A stretch of 32,000 nucleotides of DNA from positions 240,001-272,000 of the forward strand of contig NZ_OMOH01000004.1 of NCBI RefSeq assembly GCF_900289195.1, in the 5' to 3' direction. The stretch comes from Propionibacterium ruminifibrarum (GTDB lineage Bacteria; Actinomycetota; Actinomycetes; Propionibacteriales; Propionibacteriaceae). Of the stretch, positions 8,577 through 17,219 are shown one piece after another (positions within the stretch are counted from its first letter, which is position 1; each line of letters starts with the position of its first letter). The position numbers and the translations under genes were made by a program. The notes under the pieces are model-generated. The model was not told the DNA's origin, did not search any database, and saw only the letters and a program-made list of their open reading frames with translations.

Positions 8577-9349
8577 CGTTGATCAACGCCGCGGGCGCCC
8601 ACGCGCGCATCACGCGCCGGCGCGTCTGGCTGTGGTTCGCGATCGTGCCGCTGACGGCTTTCGGCGCCCTGCTGGCGTTCGTGTCCCCGGGTGCCCCGCG
8701 CACCGGGGACACGCCGGACCTGGTCTTCACCGGCCAGATCATCGCCCTGTTCTGCGGGGCCGCCTACGCCGCGGCGTTCACCGACTTCTTCGCCTCCACG
8801 TCGCGTCGCAGCATGGACGAGATCGAGGCCTCGACGCCCGTCGCCCCGCCGGTGCGCCACGCCGCCCTCGTCCTGGGGACGCTCGGGGTCGTCCTCGTCC
8901 CGAGCGCCGTCGTCCTGGTGGGTGCCGGTATCTGGCAGACCGCCGCCGGCCACGGGGCGGCCGTCCCGGCGGCGATCGCCGTGCTGGGGACGATCGTCCT
9001 GCCCAGCGCGCTGATCGCCACCTGCCTGTCGGCGTTCCTCGGCGCCCTGCTGCCGCACGGGGTGGCGCGCGTCGCGGCGGTGCTGCTCTGGTTCGGGGCC
9101 GTGTTCTCCACGCCACTGATCCCCCTGCCCACGCTCAACGGCACCGTCCTCAACCTCGTCGGCGACACGGTTGCGGCCGGGCTCTACGGGGCGCAGCCCC
9201 TCTACCCCCGCTACGCACCCACCGGCCCGCTCGGCCTGGACGCCGCCACGCCACGTGCCGCGGCCCTGTCCCTGGCCTGGCAGGCCGTGCTCATCGCGCT
9301 GCTCCTGACCGCCGGCTCGTCCCTCGCCCGCGCCCGGAACCGCAGCTGA
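8573..9349 (+). CDS. Polytopic membrane protein (ABC-2-type permease-like)
   Basis: The ATGA overlap suggests translational coupling with the preceding gene. The 258-aa product is rich in hydrophobic segments and lies immediately upstream of the ABC ATPase. Confidence 0.5.
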   Translation: MTLINAAGAHARITRRRVWLWFAIVPLTAFGALLAFVSPGAPRTGDTPDLVFTGQIIALFCGAAYAAAFTDFFASTSRRSMDEIEASTPVAPPVRHAALVLGTLGVVLVPSAVVLVGAGIWQTAAGHGAAVPAAIAVLGTIVLPSALIATCLSAFLGALLPHGVARVAAVLLWFGAVFSTPLIPLPTLNGTVLNLVGDTVAAGLYGAQPLYPRYAPTGPLGLDAATPRAAALSLAWQAVLIALLLTAGSSLARARNRS

Positions 9350-9360
9350 AAGGAGAACCC

Positions 9361-10227
9361 GTGTTCATCTCCATCGACCACGTCACCAAGGACTTCCGCA
9401 GGAAGCCGGGGGCCCTCGACGAGGTCACCCTCGACCTGCCCGCCGGGATGATCGGACTGCTGGGCTCCAACGGCGCAGGCAAGACCACCCTCATGCGCAT
9501 CGTCTGCGGGATCATCGAGCCCACGCGCGGCCGTGTCCTCGTCGACGGACACGACCTGTCCGACCGGCGGGCGCGGCGCACGCTCAAAAAGACCCTCGGC
9601 TACCTCCCCCAGGACGTCGAGCCGTACCCGAATCTCACCCCGGTCGAGTTCCTGGACTACATCGGCGTCCTCAAGGGGGTCACCCCGCGCGCCGAGAGAC
9701 GCAGGCAGGCCCACGAACTCCTCGACCAGGTCGGTCTCGCCGACGCCTCCCGGCGACGCATCGGCGGGTTCTCCGGCGGCATGCGCAGACGCCTGGGGAT
9801 CGCCCAGGCGATGGTGGGCGGCCCGCGGCTGCTCGTCGTGGACGAGCCCACCGCCGGGCTCGACCCGGAGGAACGCATCCGCTTCCGCACCCTGCTCGCC
9901 AGGCTCGGCGGCGAACGGACCGTCATCCTGTCCACCCACATCCTCGACGACGTCGCCCAGACCTGCCCCTACGTGTTCGTCCTGCGCGACGGGCACAAGA
10001 CCTTCGCTGGGCCCACCACGGGCCTGGTCGACGAGGCGCGCGGCCGCACCTGGCTCACCGCCCCGCAGGCGGCGCCACCGGTTGACGCCATCGTCGTGAA
10101 CGCGACGAGCACCACCCGGGGGACCCGCTACCGCATCGTCACCCGCACCCCACCGGCCGACGCCGAGCCGGTCGACCCGTCCCTCGAGGACGGCTACATG
10201 GCCCTGGCAACGAAGGAGACATCATGA
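9361..10227 (+). CDS. ABC transporter ATP-binding protein
   Basis: GTG 9361 follows the RBS aaaggag. Walker A GSNGAGKTT, signature FSGGMRRR and Walker B LLVVDEPTAGLD are present. Confidence 0.9.
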   Translation: MFISIDHVTKDFRRKPGALDEVTLDLPAGMIGLLGSNGAGKTTLMRIVCGIIEPTRGRVLVDGHDLSDRRARRTLKKTLGYLPQDVEPYPNLTPVEFLDYIGVLKGVTPRAERRRQAHELLDQVGLADASRRRIGGFSGGMRRRLGIAQAMVGGPRLLVVDEPTAGLDPEERIRFRTLLARLGGERTVILSTHILDDVAQTCPYVFVLRDGHKTFAGPTTGLVDEARGRTWLTAPQAAPPVDAIVVNATSTTRGTRYRIVTRTPPADAEPVDPSLEDGYMALATKETS

Positions 10228-10598
10228 TGACCAAGACCATCGGCACGATTCTCACCGGCGCGGCCGCCGCCCTGCTCGTCGCCGCAACAAGCGGCTGCGG
10301 GGCCCTCCACTCCGAGGACTACCCGACGGACGGCCCCTCCAGGACGGCGACCAGCAACCCGCAGGAGGTCACCGCCGAGCAGTTCGGCCACTCATGGGCA
10401 CTCGACGTGGACCGCGGCACCGTCGGCTGCGAGAGGAACGCCGACGGCGACCCGGTGCTCACCTTCACGTCCCCGGACGGCACCAGGTACGCGCTCAACC
10501 GCGTCGAGGGCAACCGCGACCTGCCCGACGTCTCCGAGATCGCCAACGGATCGATCGGCCCGCTCCGGTCCTTCGCCTTCAGCGTCTGCGACGTCTGA
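10224..10598 (+). CDS. Small secreted lipoprotein
   Basis: ATG overlaps the ATPase stop (ATGA). A signal peptide ends in the lipobox-like LVAATSGC. The product is 124 aa. Confidence 0.6.
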   Translation: MMTKTIGTILTGAAAALLVAATSGCGALHSEDYPTDGPSRTATSNPQEVTAEQFGHSWALDVDRGTVGCERNADGDPVLTFTSPDGTRYALNRVEGNRDLPDVSEIANGSIGPLRSFAFSVCDV

Positions 10599-10893
10599 GA
10601 CCCGCGGGGCCAGGGGAAACCGCCCGGAGCGTCGGCCCTGACGGGTGCGGCAGGGCCACCAGATCGGAACCGACACGAAAGAGGCTCCGCCGGCGGGCCC
10701 CCGGCAGTGCCGACGGGGCGCCCCACGGCCCACGGCCGGTCGTGGCGAGGACACGCGCCTGTTGCTCCCCTGATGCCCGCCGGTCTCACCCGCAGATCAC
10801 AGGCCCGGCGTGTTTGGGGCCGGTCCACTAGGCTTGCCATGTTGCGCCTTCAACGCGGCGCAGTCAGCCATCGTCCACGAGGAGCAGCGAACC

Positions 10894-11181
10894 GTGCCGG
10901 AATCCAAGGCTCGCAAGAAGGCCGTCGACAAGAAGAAGTCGAAGAACAAGGCCAAGGCGAAGGAGGCCTCGAACAAGAAGCTGCAGGCCGTCCGCATCGC
11001 CGACCGCGCCTGGGTGCCCTACGTGTTCGTGCCGGTCGGTCTCATCGGCGTGGCGTGGCTGGTGCTCTTCTACATCGCCGGCTACACGATCCCCTTCATG
11101 GCGGTGCTCGGCAACTGGAACTTCGCCATCGGCCTGGGGCTCATCGCCGCCAGCTTCTTCATCGCGACCTTCTGGAAGTAG
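10894..11181 (+). CDS. crgA: Cell division protein CrgA
   Basis: GTG 10894 follows the RBS gaggag. A Lys-rich N-terminus (VPESKARKKAVDKKKSKNKAKAK) is followed by two TM segments (WVPYVFVPVGLIGVAWLVLFY, NFAIGLGLIAASFFIATFW). The divergent arrangement with pabA/trpG matches that known in other actinobacteria. Confidence 0.8.
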   Translation: MPESKARKKAVDKKKSKNKAKAKEASNKKLQAVRIADRAWVPYVFVPVGLIGVAWLVLFYIAGYTIPFMAVLGNWNFAIGLGLIAASFFIATFWK

Positions 11182-11212
11182 CGCCGCCGGCCTCGCACAC
11201 GCCCGCGGATGC

Positions 11213-12487
11213 TCAGTACATCATCGCCAGCGCCGGGTTGGTGATGAGCGCGGCGAGATCGGACAGGAACCGTGCCGCCTCGACGCCGTCGATGAGCCGG
11301 TGGTCGAAGGACAGCGACATCGACGAGGTCCAGCGCGGCTCGATGAACTCCTCGCCGTCGCGTTCGCTCACCCACGGCCTGCGTCGGATGGAACCGATCG
11401 CCAGGATCGCGCTCTCGTCCCCACTGATGATCGGAGTACCGGCGTCCAGACCGAGGCCACCCAGGTTGGTGATCGAGAAGGTGCCGCCGCTGTAGTCGGC
11501 CGGCTGCAACTGCCCCGCCTTGGCGAGTTTGACCAGGCGCCCCAGCTCGGCGGCCATGTCCTTCAGATCGCGGTCCTGGGCGTCCCGGATCACGGGTACG
11601 AGCAGTCCGTGCGGGGTGTCGGCGGCGAATCCGATGTTGACCGACTCGTGCAGGGTGATCCGGTCGTGCTCGCTGGGCCAGCTGGCGTTGATGATCGGGT
11701 TGGTGCGCATCGCCAGGCAGACGGCCTTGCACCAGATGAGCAGCGGGGTCACGTGCAGGCCGGCGAAGTCGCGCCGGGCGCGCAGCGTGGCGACCAGGTC
11801 GACGACGGCTCCGGCATCGACCTCGACGAAGGCCGTCGTGTGCACCTTGCCGTCCTTCGAGGCGGTGACGTTGCGGGCGGTCGCCCGGCGCACCGCGTCG
11901 GCGTCCTGCAGGTCGTCGCGCCTGGGGCGGGCGCCGGTGCGTCGGTCGACTGCGTGCTCGCGTCGGCGCCTGGCCCGCGGCGGGACGCGCCCGGGCGTGG
12001 CGCCGTAGCCGACGAGGATCGGCGCCCCGGCCTCGGATGCGGGCCCGGACGGTGCCGCGGCCGCGGGACCCGATGGCTCGGCTGCGCCCTCGGCACCGCG
12101 GGACGCGTAGCGAGGGGCCCCGGGCGCGGGGCCCTCGACGGCCCCGTCGTCCTGGCTCGCCCCGGGGTGCGGGGTCCCGGGCGCGGGGCTCTCGGCGGCC
12201 TCCTGGTGCTCCCGCGAGCGCTCGTCGCCCCGATTCGCGTCGGCGGGTTCGGAACCGTCGTCGATGACGACGACGGGTGTCCCGACCTCGACGGTGTCGC
12301 CCTCGGCGGCGAGAATCCGCGTGACGGTTCCGGCGAACGGCGAGGGCAGTTCGACGACCGACTTGGCCGTCTCAACCGACAGCAGGTCGTCGTTGACCGC
12401 CACCCGGTCGCCGACCGAGACGTGCCATTCGACGATGACGGCCTCGATGAGGCCCTCGCCCGCGTCGGGCATGAGATAGCTGGGCAC
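11213..12487 (-). CDS. Dihydrolipoamide acyltransferase (E2) of a 2-oxoacid dehydrogenase complex
   Basis: GTG start after the RBS aaggag. The lipoyl domain has MPDAGEGL..VETAKSV, followed by a long Pro/Ala/Gly linker. The catalytic domain ends in LSFDHRLIDG. Confidence 0.9.
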   Translation of the reverse strand: MPSYLMPDAGEGLIEAVIVEWHVSVGDRVAVNDDLLSVETAKSVVELPSPFAGTVTRILAAEGDTVEVGTPVVVIDDGSEPADANRGDERSREHQEAAESPAPGTPHPGASQDDGAVEGPAPGAPRYASRGAEGAAEPSGPAAAAPSGPASEAGAPILVGYGATPGRVPPRARRRREHAVDRRTGARPRRDDLQDADAVRRATARNVTASKDGKVHTTAFVEVDAGAVVDLVATLRARRDFAGLHVTPLLIWCKAVCLAMRTNPIINASWPSEHDRITLHESVNIGFAADTPHGLLVPVIRDAQDRDLKDMAAELGRLVKLAKAGQLQPADYSGGTFSITNLGGLGLDAGTPIISGDESAILAIGSIRRRPWVSERDGEEFIEPRWTSSMSLSFDHRLIDGVEAARFLSDLAALITNPALAMMY

Positions 12488-12505
12488 GGTTGCTCCTTGC
12501 TGTGT

Positions 12506-13477
12506 TCAGTAGGCGAATGACCTGTCGACTGCGTCGAGGACGCGTTCGGCGTCAGGCAGGTAGTCGTGCTCGACCCGGGCCGGCGGGTAGCGGACGTCCC
12601 AGGCGGCGACACGCAGCACCGGCGCGTCCAGTGAGCCCCACATCTCCTCGTCCAGCCGGGCGGCGATCTCGGCGCCCGGCCCGAGCGTGCGGCGCGCCTC
12701 GTGGACGACGACGACCCTGCGGGTGCGGGCCGCGCTGGCCCGGATCACCGCCATGTCGAGTGGTGCCAGGGCGCGCAGGTCGATGACCTCCAGGTCGCGG
12801 CCCTCGCGGGCGGCCGCCTCGGCGGCGTCCAGGCAGGTTCGGACGGTCGGCCCGTAGGCCAGCAGGGTGGCGTCGCGGCCCGGCCGGACGGTTCTGGCGG
12901 CTGTCATCGGCAGGTCGGGGGCCGGGCCCACCTCGCCCTTGACGTAGTAGCGGGCCTTCGGTTCGAAGAGGATCACGGGGTCGGGGCACTCGATCGCCTG
13001 GCGCAGCAGCCAGTGGGCGTCGTGGGGCGATCCGCAGCTGAGCACGTGCAGGCCCGGGGTGTGCATGAAGTAGGCCTCGGGCGACTCGGAGTGGTGCTCG
13101 ACCGCGCCGATGTCGCCGCCGAAGGGGACCCGGATCACCATGGGCAGGCTGGTACGTCCGTGGGTGCGGGCACGGTAGCCGGCCACCTGGTTGACGATCT
13201 GGTCGAAGGCGGGGAAGACGAAGCCGTCGAACTGGATCTCGACGACCGGTCTGAATCCGCGCAGGGCGAGGCCGACGGCGGTGCCGACGATGCCGGACTC
13301 GGCCAGCGGCATGTCGCGGACGCGTCGCGGGCCGAAGGCGTCGTACAGGCCCTCGGTGATGCGGAAGACCCCGCCGAGGCGGCCGACGTCCTCGCCCATG
13401 ACGAGCACCCGGGAGTCCTCCGCCATCGCCGCGTGCAGGGCCGTGTTGAGGGCCTTCGCGAGGGTGAGCTCGGTCAT
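12506..13477 (-). CDS. 2-oxoacid dehydrogenase E1 component, beta subunit
   Basis: ATG 13477 follows the RBS gaaggaga and overlaps the E1alpha stop (ATGA). Transketolase-like pyrimidine-binding sequence: MGEDVGRLGGVFRIT..F.DMPLAESGIVG. The upper 300 codons of the 626-aa track ORF are an out-of-frame artefact. Confidence 0.9.
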   Translation of the reverse strand: MTELTLAKALNTALHAAMAEDSRVLVMGEDVGRLGGVFRITEGLYDAFGPRRVRDMPLAESGIVGTAVGLALRGFRPVVEIQFDGFVFPAFDQIVNQVAGYRARTHGRTSLPMVIRVPFGGDIGAVEHHSESPEAYFMHTPGLHVLSCGSPHDAHWLLRQAIECPDPVILFEPKARYYVKGEVGPAPDLPMTAARTVRPGRDATLLAYGPTVRTCLDAAEAAAREGRDLEVIDLRALAPLDMAVIRASAARTRRVVVVHEARRTLGPGAEIAARLDEEMWGSLDAPVLRVAAWDVRYPPARVEHDYLPDAERVLDAVDRSFAY

Positions 13478-14571
13478 GCCGCGTCTCCTTCGTCGGGTGC
13501 GGTGGACAGCCAGTCCAGGCAGTCGGCGCGTTCGGCGCGCAGGTAGTCGCCGGGCTCGCCGATGAGCTCGTCGAAGGCCCGCTCGATCGGGGTGTCGTCG
13601 AGTTCGCGGCAGGTCCGGCGCACGTCGGCGCCGAAGTCGTCGAGTTCGGCGTCCATGGCCCTCAGCCAGGCGTCGTCGACGAGTCCGGTGTCGAGCAGGT
13701 GCCGGCGGAGCCGTTCGATCGGGTCCTTGGCGGCCCAGTCGGCGCTGGTCTCGTCGCCGCGGTAGCGGCCGGGGTCGTCGCTGGTGGTGTGGGCGCCCAT
13801 GCGGTAGGTGTAGGCCTCGACGAGCACCGGGTGTCCGGCGCGGGCCCGGTCGAGCGCCCAGCCGATGACGGCGGCGCCGGCCAGCGGGTCGTTGCCGTCC
13901 ACGCGGATACCGGGGATGCCGAAGCCGTGGGCGCGCTGGTACAGCGGCACCCGGCTCTGGCTGGTGACGGGCTCGCTGATGGCCCACTGGTTGTTGACGC
14001 AGCAGAACACGACGGGCGCGTCCTGGGCGGCGGCGAAGACGAGTGCCTCGTTGACGTCGCCCTGGCTGGAGGCGCCATCGCCGTAGAGGGCCAGCGTGGC
14101 GGGCACGGGCCCGTCGCCGAAGCGTTCCAGGTCGACACCCATGGCATAGCCGACTGCGTGCAGCGGGTGCGAGCCGATGATGATCGAGAAGGGCGCGACG
14201 CGGGTGGCCTCGCTGTCCCAGCGCGACATGCCCGCCCCGCGCCACAGGGCGAGCAGATCGGCCACACCGACGCCCATGGCCAGGGCCAGGGCCTGCTCGC
14301 GGTAGGTGGCGAAGACCATGTCGGCCGGTTCGATCACGGCGGCGATACCCGCCTGGTAGCCCTCCTGGCCGCGCAGCGGCGGCCACAGGCCGAGCTCGCC
14401 GTGGCGTTGGAGCGCCGCGCCCTCGGTGTCGAGGCGACGGCCGAGCATCATGCGCCGCAGCATCGTCACCAGTTCGGTGTCGCCGCCCCGCCAGGCGAAC
14501 CGCGGGTCCTCGACACGTCGGCCGTCGGGCGTGAGCAGTTGCACCGGCCGGGTCGGGTCGTCTGCGCCCAT
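13474..14571 (-). CDS. 2-oxoacid dehydrogenase E1 component, alpha subunit (TPP-dependent)
   Basis: ATG 14571 follows the RBS gaggagagg; the track's TTG at 14592 is less likely. TPP-binding motif LYGDGASSQGDVNEALVFAA..VVFCCVNNQWAIS. Confidence 0.9.
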   Translation of the reverse strand: MGADDPTRPVQLLTPDGRRVEDPRFAWRGGDTELVTMLRRMMLGRRLDTEGAALQRHGELGLWPPLRGQEGYQAGIAAVIEPADMVFATYREQALALAMGVGVADLLALWRGAGMSRWDSEATRVAPFSIIIGSHPLHAVGYAMGVDLERFGDGPVPATLALYGDGASSQGDVNEALVFAAAQDAPVVFCCVNNQWAISEPVTSQSRVPLYQRAHGFGIPGIRVDGNDPLAGAAVIGWALDRARAGHPVLVEAYTYRMGAHTTSDDPGRYRGDETSADWAAKDPIERLRRHLLDTGLVDDAWLRAMDAELDDFGADVRRTCRELDDTPIERAFDELIGEPGDYLRAERADCLDWLSTAPDEGDAA

Positions 14572-14675
14572 GCTGGTCCTCTCCTCGAACAAAACCTACG
14601 TTTCAGTAACCTACCGAACCGTAAAGACCGAGTTCAAGGGCCGCCGAGGACGGCCCGCTGTGAGAACCCGATGAG

Positions 14676-14875
14676 AGGTCGACTCGACGCGCGGCGTGCG
14701 CAGGGCCTATGCTGCGAGCGAGTCGATCGCGCCCATGACGATGGGCGCCAGGGAACTCCGGTGCAAATCCGGGACTGGCGCGCAGCGGTGAAGGTGACGG
14801 GGCCGGCACAGAGAACCCACTGGGGAGACCCGGGAAGGGGCCGGCCTCGGATGACCCGAGTCCGAAGACCTAGAC
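14676..14875 (+). promoter_or_regulatory. Cobalamin (B12) riboswitch
   Basis: Conserved core read directly: GCCAGGGAACTCCGGTGCAAATCCGGGACTGGCGCGCAGCGGTGAAGG ... CCACTGGGGAGACCCGGGAAGG ... GACCCGAGTCCGAAGACCT (B12-box-like). This is near block-for-block similar to the E. coli btuB leader as I recall it. The outer boundaries (possible P1 AGGTC 14676-14680 / GACCT 14866-14870) are approximate. Confidence 0.85.
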
Positions 14876-14901
14876 CCCAACCCGGTCAATCACGTCTGGA
14901 A

Positions 14902-15165
14902 CGCCGCAAGAACCACACCTCAAGCATCCAACGCAAGACCCCAGAGGAAATCCTCAGCGTGGTCAGCACCTACATTATAGGTCGCATCTTTGACCTACGA
15001 TTTTAAGCAGCTTCCTAAACTCAATCAACAACCGATTTCGTTTCAAAACAGCCAGACAACAAGTTGGGTATGACAACCCTCGATCACAGCCATCGCAAAA
15101 ACCACAACGAAGGACCACACCGAGTCACCCTCGACAACTTCTCACCACGAGAAACCTTCCAGTAG
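14902..15165 (+). mobile_element. Decayed fragments resembling the C-terminal tail of rve-type (IS3/IS481-like) transposases
   Basis: Two short + strand reading-frame pieces, RKNHTSSIQRKTPEEIL (about 14902-14955) and RKNHNEGPHRVTLDNFSPRETFQ* (ending TAG 15163-15165), resemble the ..YNh.RPH.aL...tP.E.f tail of DDE integrase-core transposases. They share the 13-mer CGCAA(G/A)AACCACA. No intact ORF is present. Confidence 0.25.
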
Positions 15166-15261
15166 CCCTCGCTACCCCCTACCACTTGACATAACCTAGA
15201 GCTAGCTTGTGATATTACAGCCGGACAGAATTATGAGATGATCTGGGTCTTTCAGCTGCGA

Positions 15262-15609
15262 TCAGATTAGCCAGGCTGTCAGACCATGAACGATGAAGGC
15301 CACTCCTGCTCCACCTACCATGCCCCATTCTTTCTTTCCAGCACCGATGATAGCATCGACAATTTGAACAAGAGCGGCCGCAATAAGCAGCGCCTTGGTT
15401 GGCCACTGGCTAGCAAAGGAAATGAATGGTAATGCTCCAACAAGAATCCCAAGGGGAATTGCGCGAGTCGCGTACATGTTCGCGAAAAACCGTTCACCCT
15501 CAACCACGTTGCGAGAGCCACTGAATGCACTCGGCCTCGCGAGCGCAAGGCAGGCGGCGATTATCGTGGACAGAGCGATCACCGCGTTGATGATTTGCAA
15601 TATTAACAT
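15262..15609 (-). CDS. Small 4-TM membrane protein (DUF4267-like)
   Basis: ATG 15609 follows aggaa; the track start at 15663 would overlap the ligase by 47 nt. The 115-aa product has four hydrophobic segments and the patterns YATRAIPLGILVG and LIAAALVQIVDAIIG, reminiscent of DUF4267 proteins. Confidence 0.5.
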   Translation of the reverse strand: MLILQIINAVIALSTIIAACLALARPSAFSGSRNVVEGERFFANMYATRAIPLGILVGALPFISFASQWPTKALLIAAALVQIVDAIIGAGKKEWGMVGGAGVAFIVHGLTAWLI

Positions 15610-15616
15610 TGGATTC

Positions 15617-17194
15617 CTACTTTCCACAAAGGCTTGTAATGCTGATAATGTTTGTTTGAGCAAAATTCAAGGATCGGACTACAGGCAGATGTGCCAGCAA
15701 AGTCTTACGGTCGATCTTTCCATTAATAGGAAGACGTGGAATGTGGTCTACTAAGTAGATTTCATCACACGCATCAATGTATCGAAAATCAGCGCTACTT
15801 AAAGCAGGTTTATCAGCTGAGGCTACAGCTTCGCGAAGCACCACAAAAGCGACTACGGATAGAGGAGATGAGGTATCCGATGACTCCAGTATGACCCCAG
15901 CCTCCTTAACGCCAGGATGAGCTTCAAACTGACGTTCGAGTTCAGAGGGGGAAATCACAGTTCCATTACGGTATCCGATATCCACCAAACGATCAATAAC
16001 GAACAAATGATCATCAGCGTCAAGATAACCAATATCACCGGTCATAAACCATCCACCCTTTGCGAATGGCTCGAGGTCAGGTCGGTTCATGTAGCAATCC
16101 ATCAGTTGTGGACCGCGAATCTCAATTTCGCCAATCGAACCAACTGGCAAAAGTTCACGTGTAACGACATCGACGACGCGCGTGTCAGTATTAGGAAGGT
16201 TCATGCCAACGGACCCATGCACAGGATTGTCAGGATCATCGACATGAGAATGGTAAGCTGTTTCAGTCTGTCCGTATCCTTGGAAAACCTTGATCCCGAA
16301 GCGTTGCTCAAGCGATGCGCTGAGCTGGGGCGCGAGGGCCTTGGACCCACACGAAAAATACTTCACAGTCTCAAGCTGCTCAGCGTCGATACTAGGATCG
16401 TTTTCCAGCAATCCAAACAGGGTTGGGATTCCATAAAAATGTGTGACTTGGTATCGTTCCAAGCGATCAGCTATTGCGCCGCTCTCCCACGCAGGATCAA
16501 TCACAAAGGATGCACCAACAGAGATAGCCGCATTCAAATGCAGCGGGTTCATGATAGGCATATTGACGAAGATCACCGATTGACCCCACATGCGATGGGC
16601 CGATGCTACCATAAGTGCATTAGCGACAACGTTCTTGTGGGTGAGTCTGACACATTTTGAAGGACCGGTAGTACCACTGGTGAAAGCCAGCACGGCGGGG
16701 TCGTCAGAGGCGGGCGAAGTCCTGATTCTCGTCAACGATTGACCTAGTCGATCTGACAATTCATTCGCTACTGCGACAAGATTAAAAGTCGTAAATCGTT
16801 GAGCGAGATCGGAAATCTTCTCACGGGTCGTCTCGTCGAGAATCAAGAAATCAGGTTGAGTCTCCTCAACAGCACGGACCAGCTCCACAGCGGGCTTGGG
16901 CGGCATAAGACCAACCATGATTGCTCCGGCGCGAAGTACCGAATAGTAGGTAATGACACCATCAAGTGTCGGGGTCCATGTGAGCCCAATCCGCTTCCAT
17001 CGCTCCCCAGAGACGAGAGGGCGAATGGCTTGTGCTAGTTTCTCCACACGTGCATTGAGTTCCTTATATGTGAGCTCATACCCTCTGTCTATGACTGCAA
17101 TAGAGTTGGGCGAGCGTGCAGCCGTGGCGCGAAGTAGATCAGGAATTGCTATTTCAGGTATCTCGATCCTTTTTGTATGTTGAGTTTGGATCAT
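15617..17194 (-). CDS. AMP-dependent synthetase/ligase (acyl- or aryl-CoA/ACP ligase, ANL superfamily)
   Basis: AMP-binding motif AFTSGTTGPSKCVRLTHKN, with GYGQTET, GDIGYLDADDHLFVIDRLVD and the C-terminal INGKIDRKTL. The product is 525 aa. Confidence 0.9.
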   Translation of the reverse strand: MIQTQHTKRIEIPEIAIPDLLRATAARSPNSIAVIDRGYELTYKELNARVEKLAQAIRPLVSGERWKRIGLTWTPTLDGVITYYSVLRAGAIMVGLMPPKPAVELVRAVEETQPDFLILDETTREKISDLAQRFTTFNLVAVANELSDRLGQSLTRIRTSPASDDPAVLAFTSGTTGPSKCVRLTHKNVVANALMVASAHRMWGQSVIFVNMPIMNPLHLNAAISVGASFVIDPAWESGAIADRLERYQVTHFYGIPTLFGLLENDPSIDAEQLETVKYFSCGSKALAPQLSASLEQRFGIKVFQGYGQTETAYHSHVDDPDNPVHGSVGMNLPNTDTRVVDVVTRELLPVGSIGEIEIRGPQLMDCYMNRPDLEPFAKGGWFMTGDIGYLDADDHLFVIDRLVDIGYRNGTVISPSELERQFEAHPGVKEAGVILESSDTSSPLSVVAFVVLREAVASADKPALSSADFRYIDACDEIYLVDHIPRLPINGKIDRKTLLAHLPVVRSLNFAQTNIISITSLCGK

Positions 17195-17219
17195 GTCAGT
17201 TCTTCCGAAGTAGGTTTAA

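Noticed and set aside
6547-10227. Very long + strand track ORFs (6547..7884, 7185..8576, 8063..9349, 8632..10227) taken at face value
   Set aside because: Their upstream halves are out-of-frame read-through of the preceding genes (Arg/Pro/Gly-rich). Real starts were placed at RBS-preceded or stop-overlapping codons (7087, 7950, 8573, 9361).
13478-15006. Upper part of the 626-aa minus ORF (12506..14386) and the 435-aa plus ORF (13699..15006)
   Set aside because: Both overlap the well-supported E1alpha gene in other frames. The plus ORF also runs through the riboswitch. Both have low-complexity translations.
15186-15216. Sigma-70-like promoter TTGACA-18 nt-TGATAT (with an upstream TG) on the + strand, pointing into the 3' end of the PKS operon
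   Set aside because: It is a good match on paper, but it lies in AT-richer foreign DNA where such hexamers arise by chance. No downstream + strand gene exists. It is kept only as a possible antisense start to test by RNA-seq.
15917-16660. 247-aa + strand ORF inside the ligase gene
   Set aside because: It is antisense to a gene with complete ANL motifs, and its own translation has no recognisable domain.
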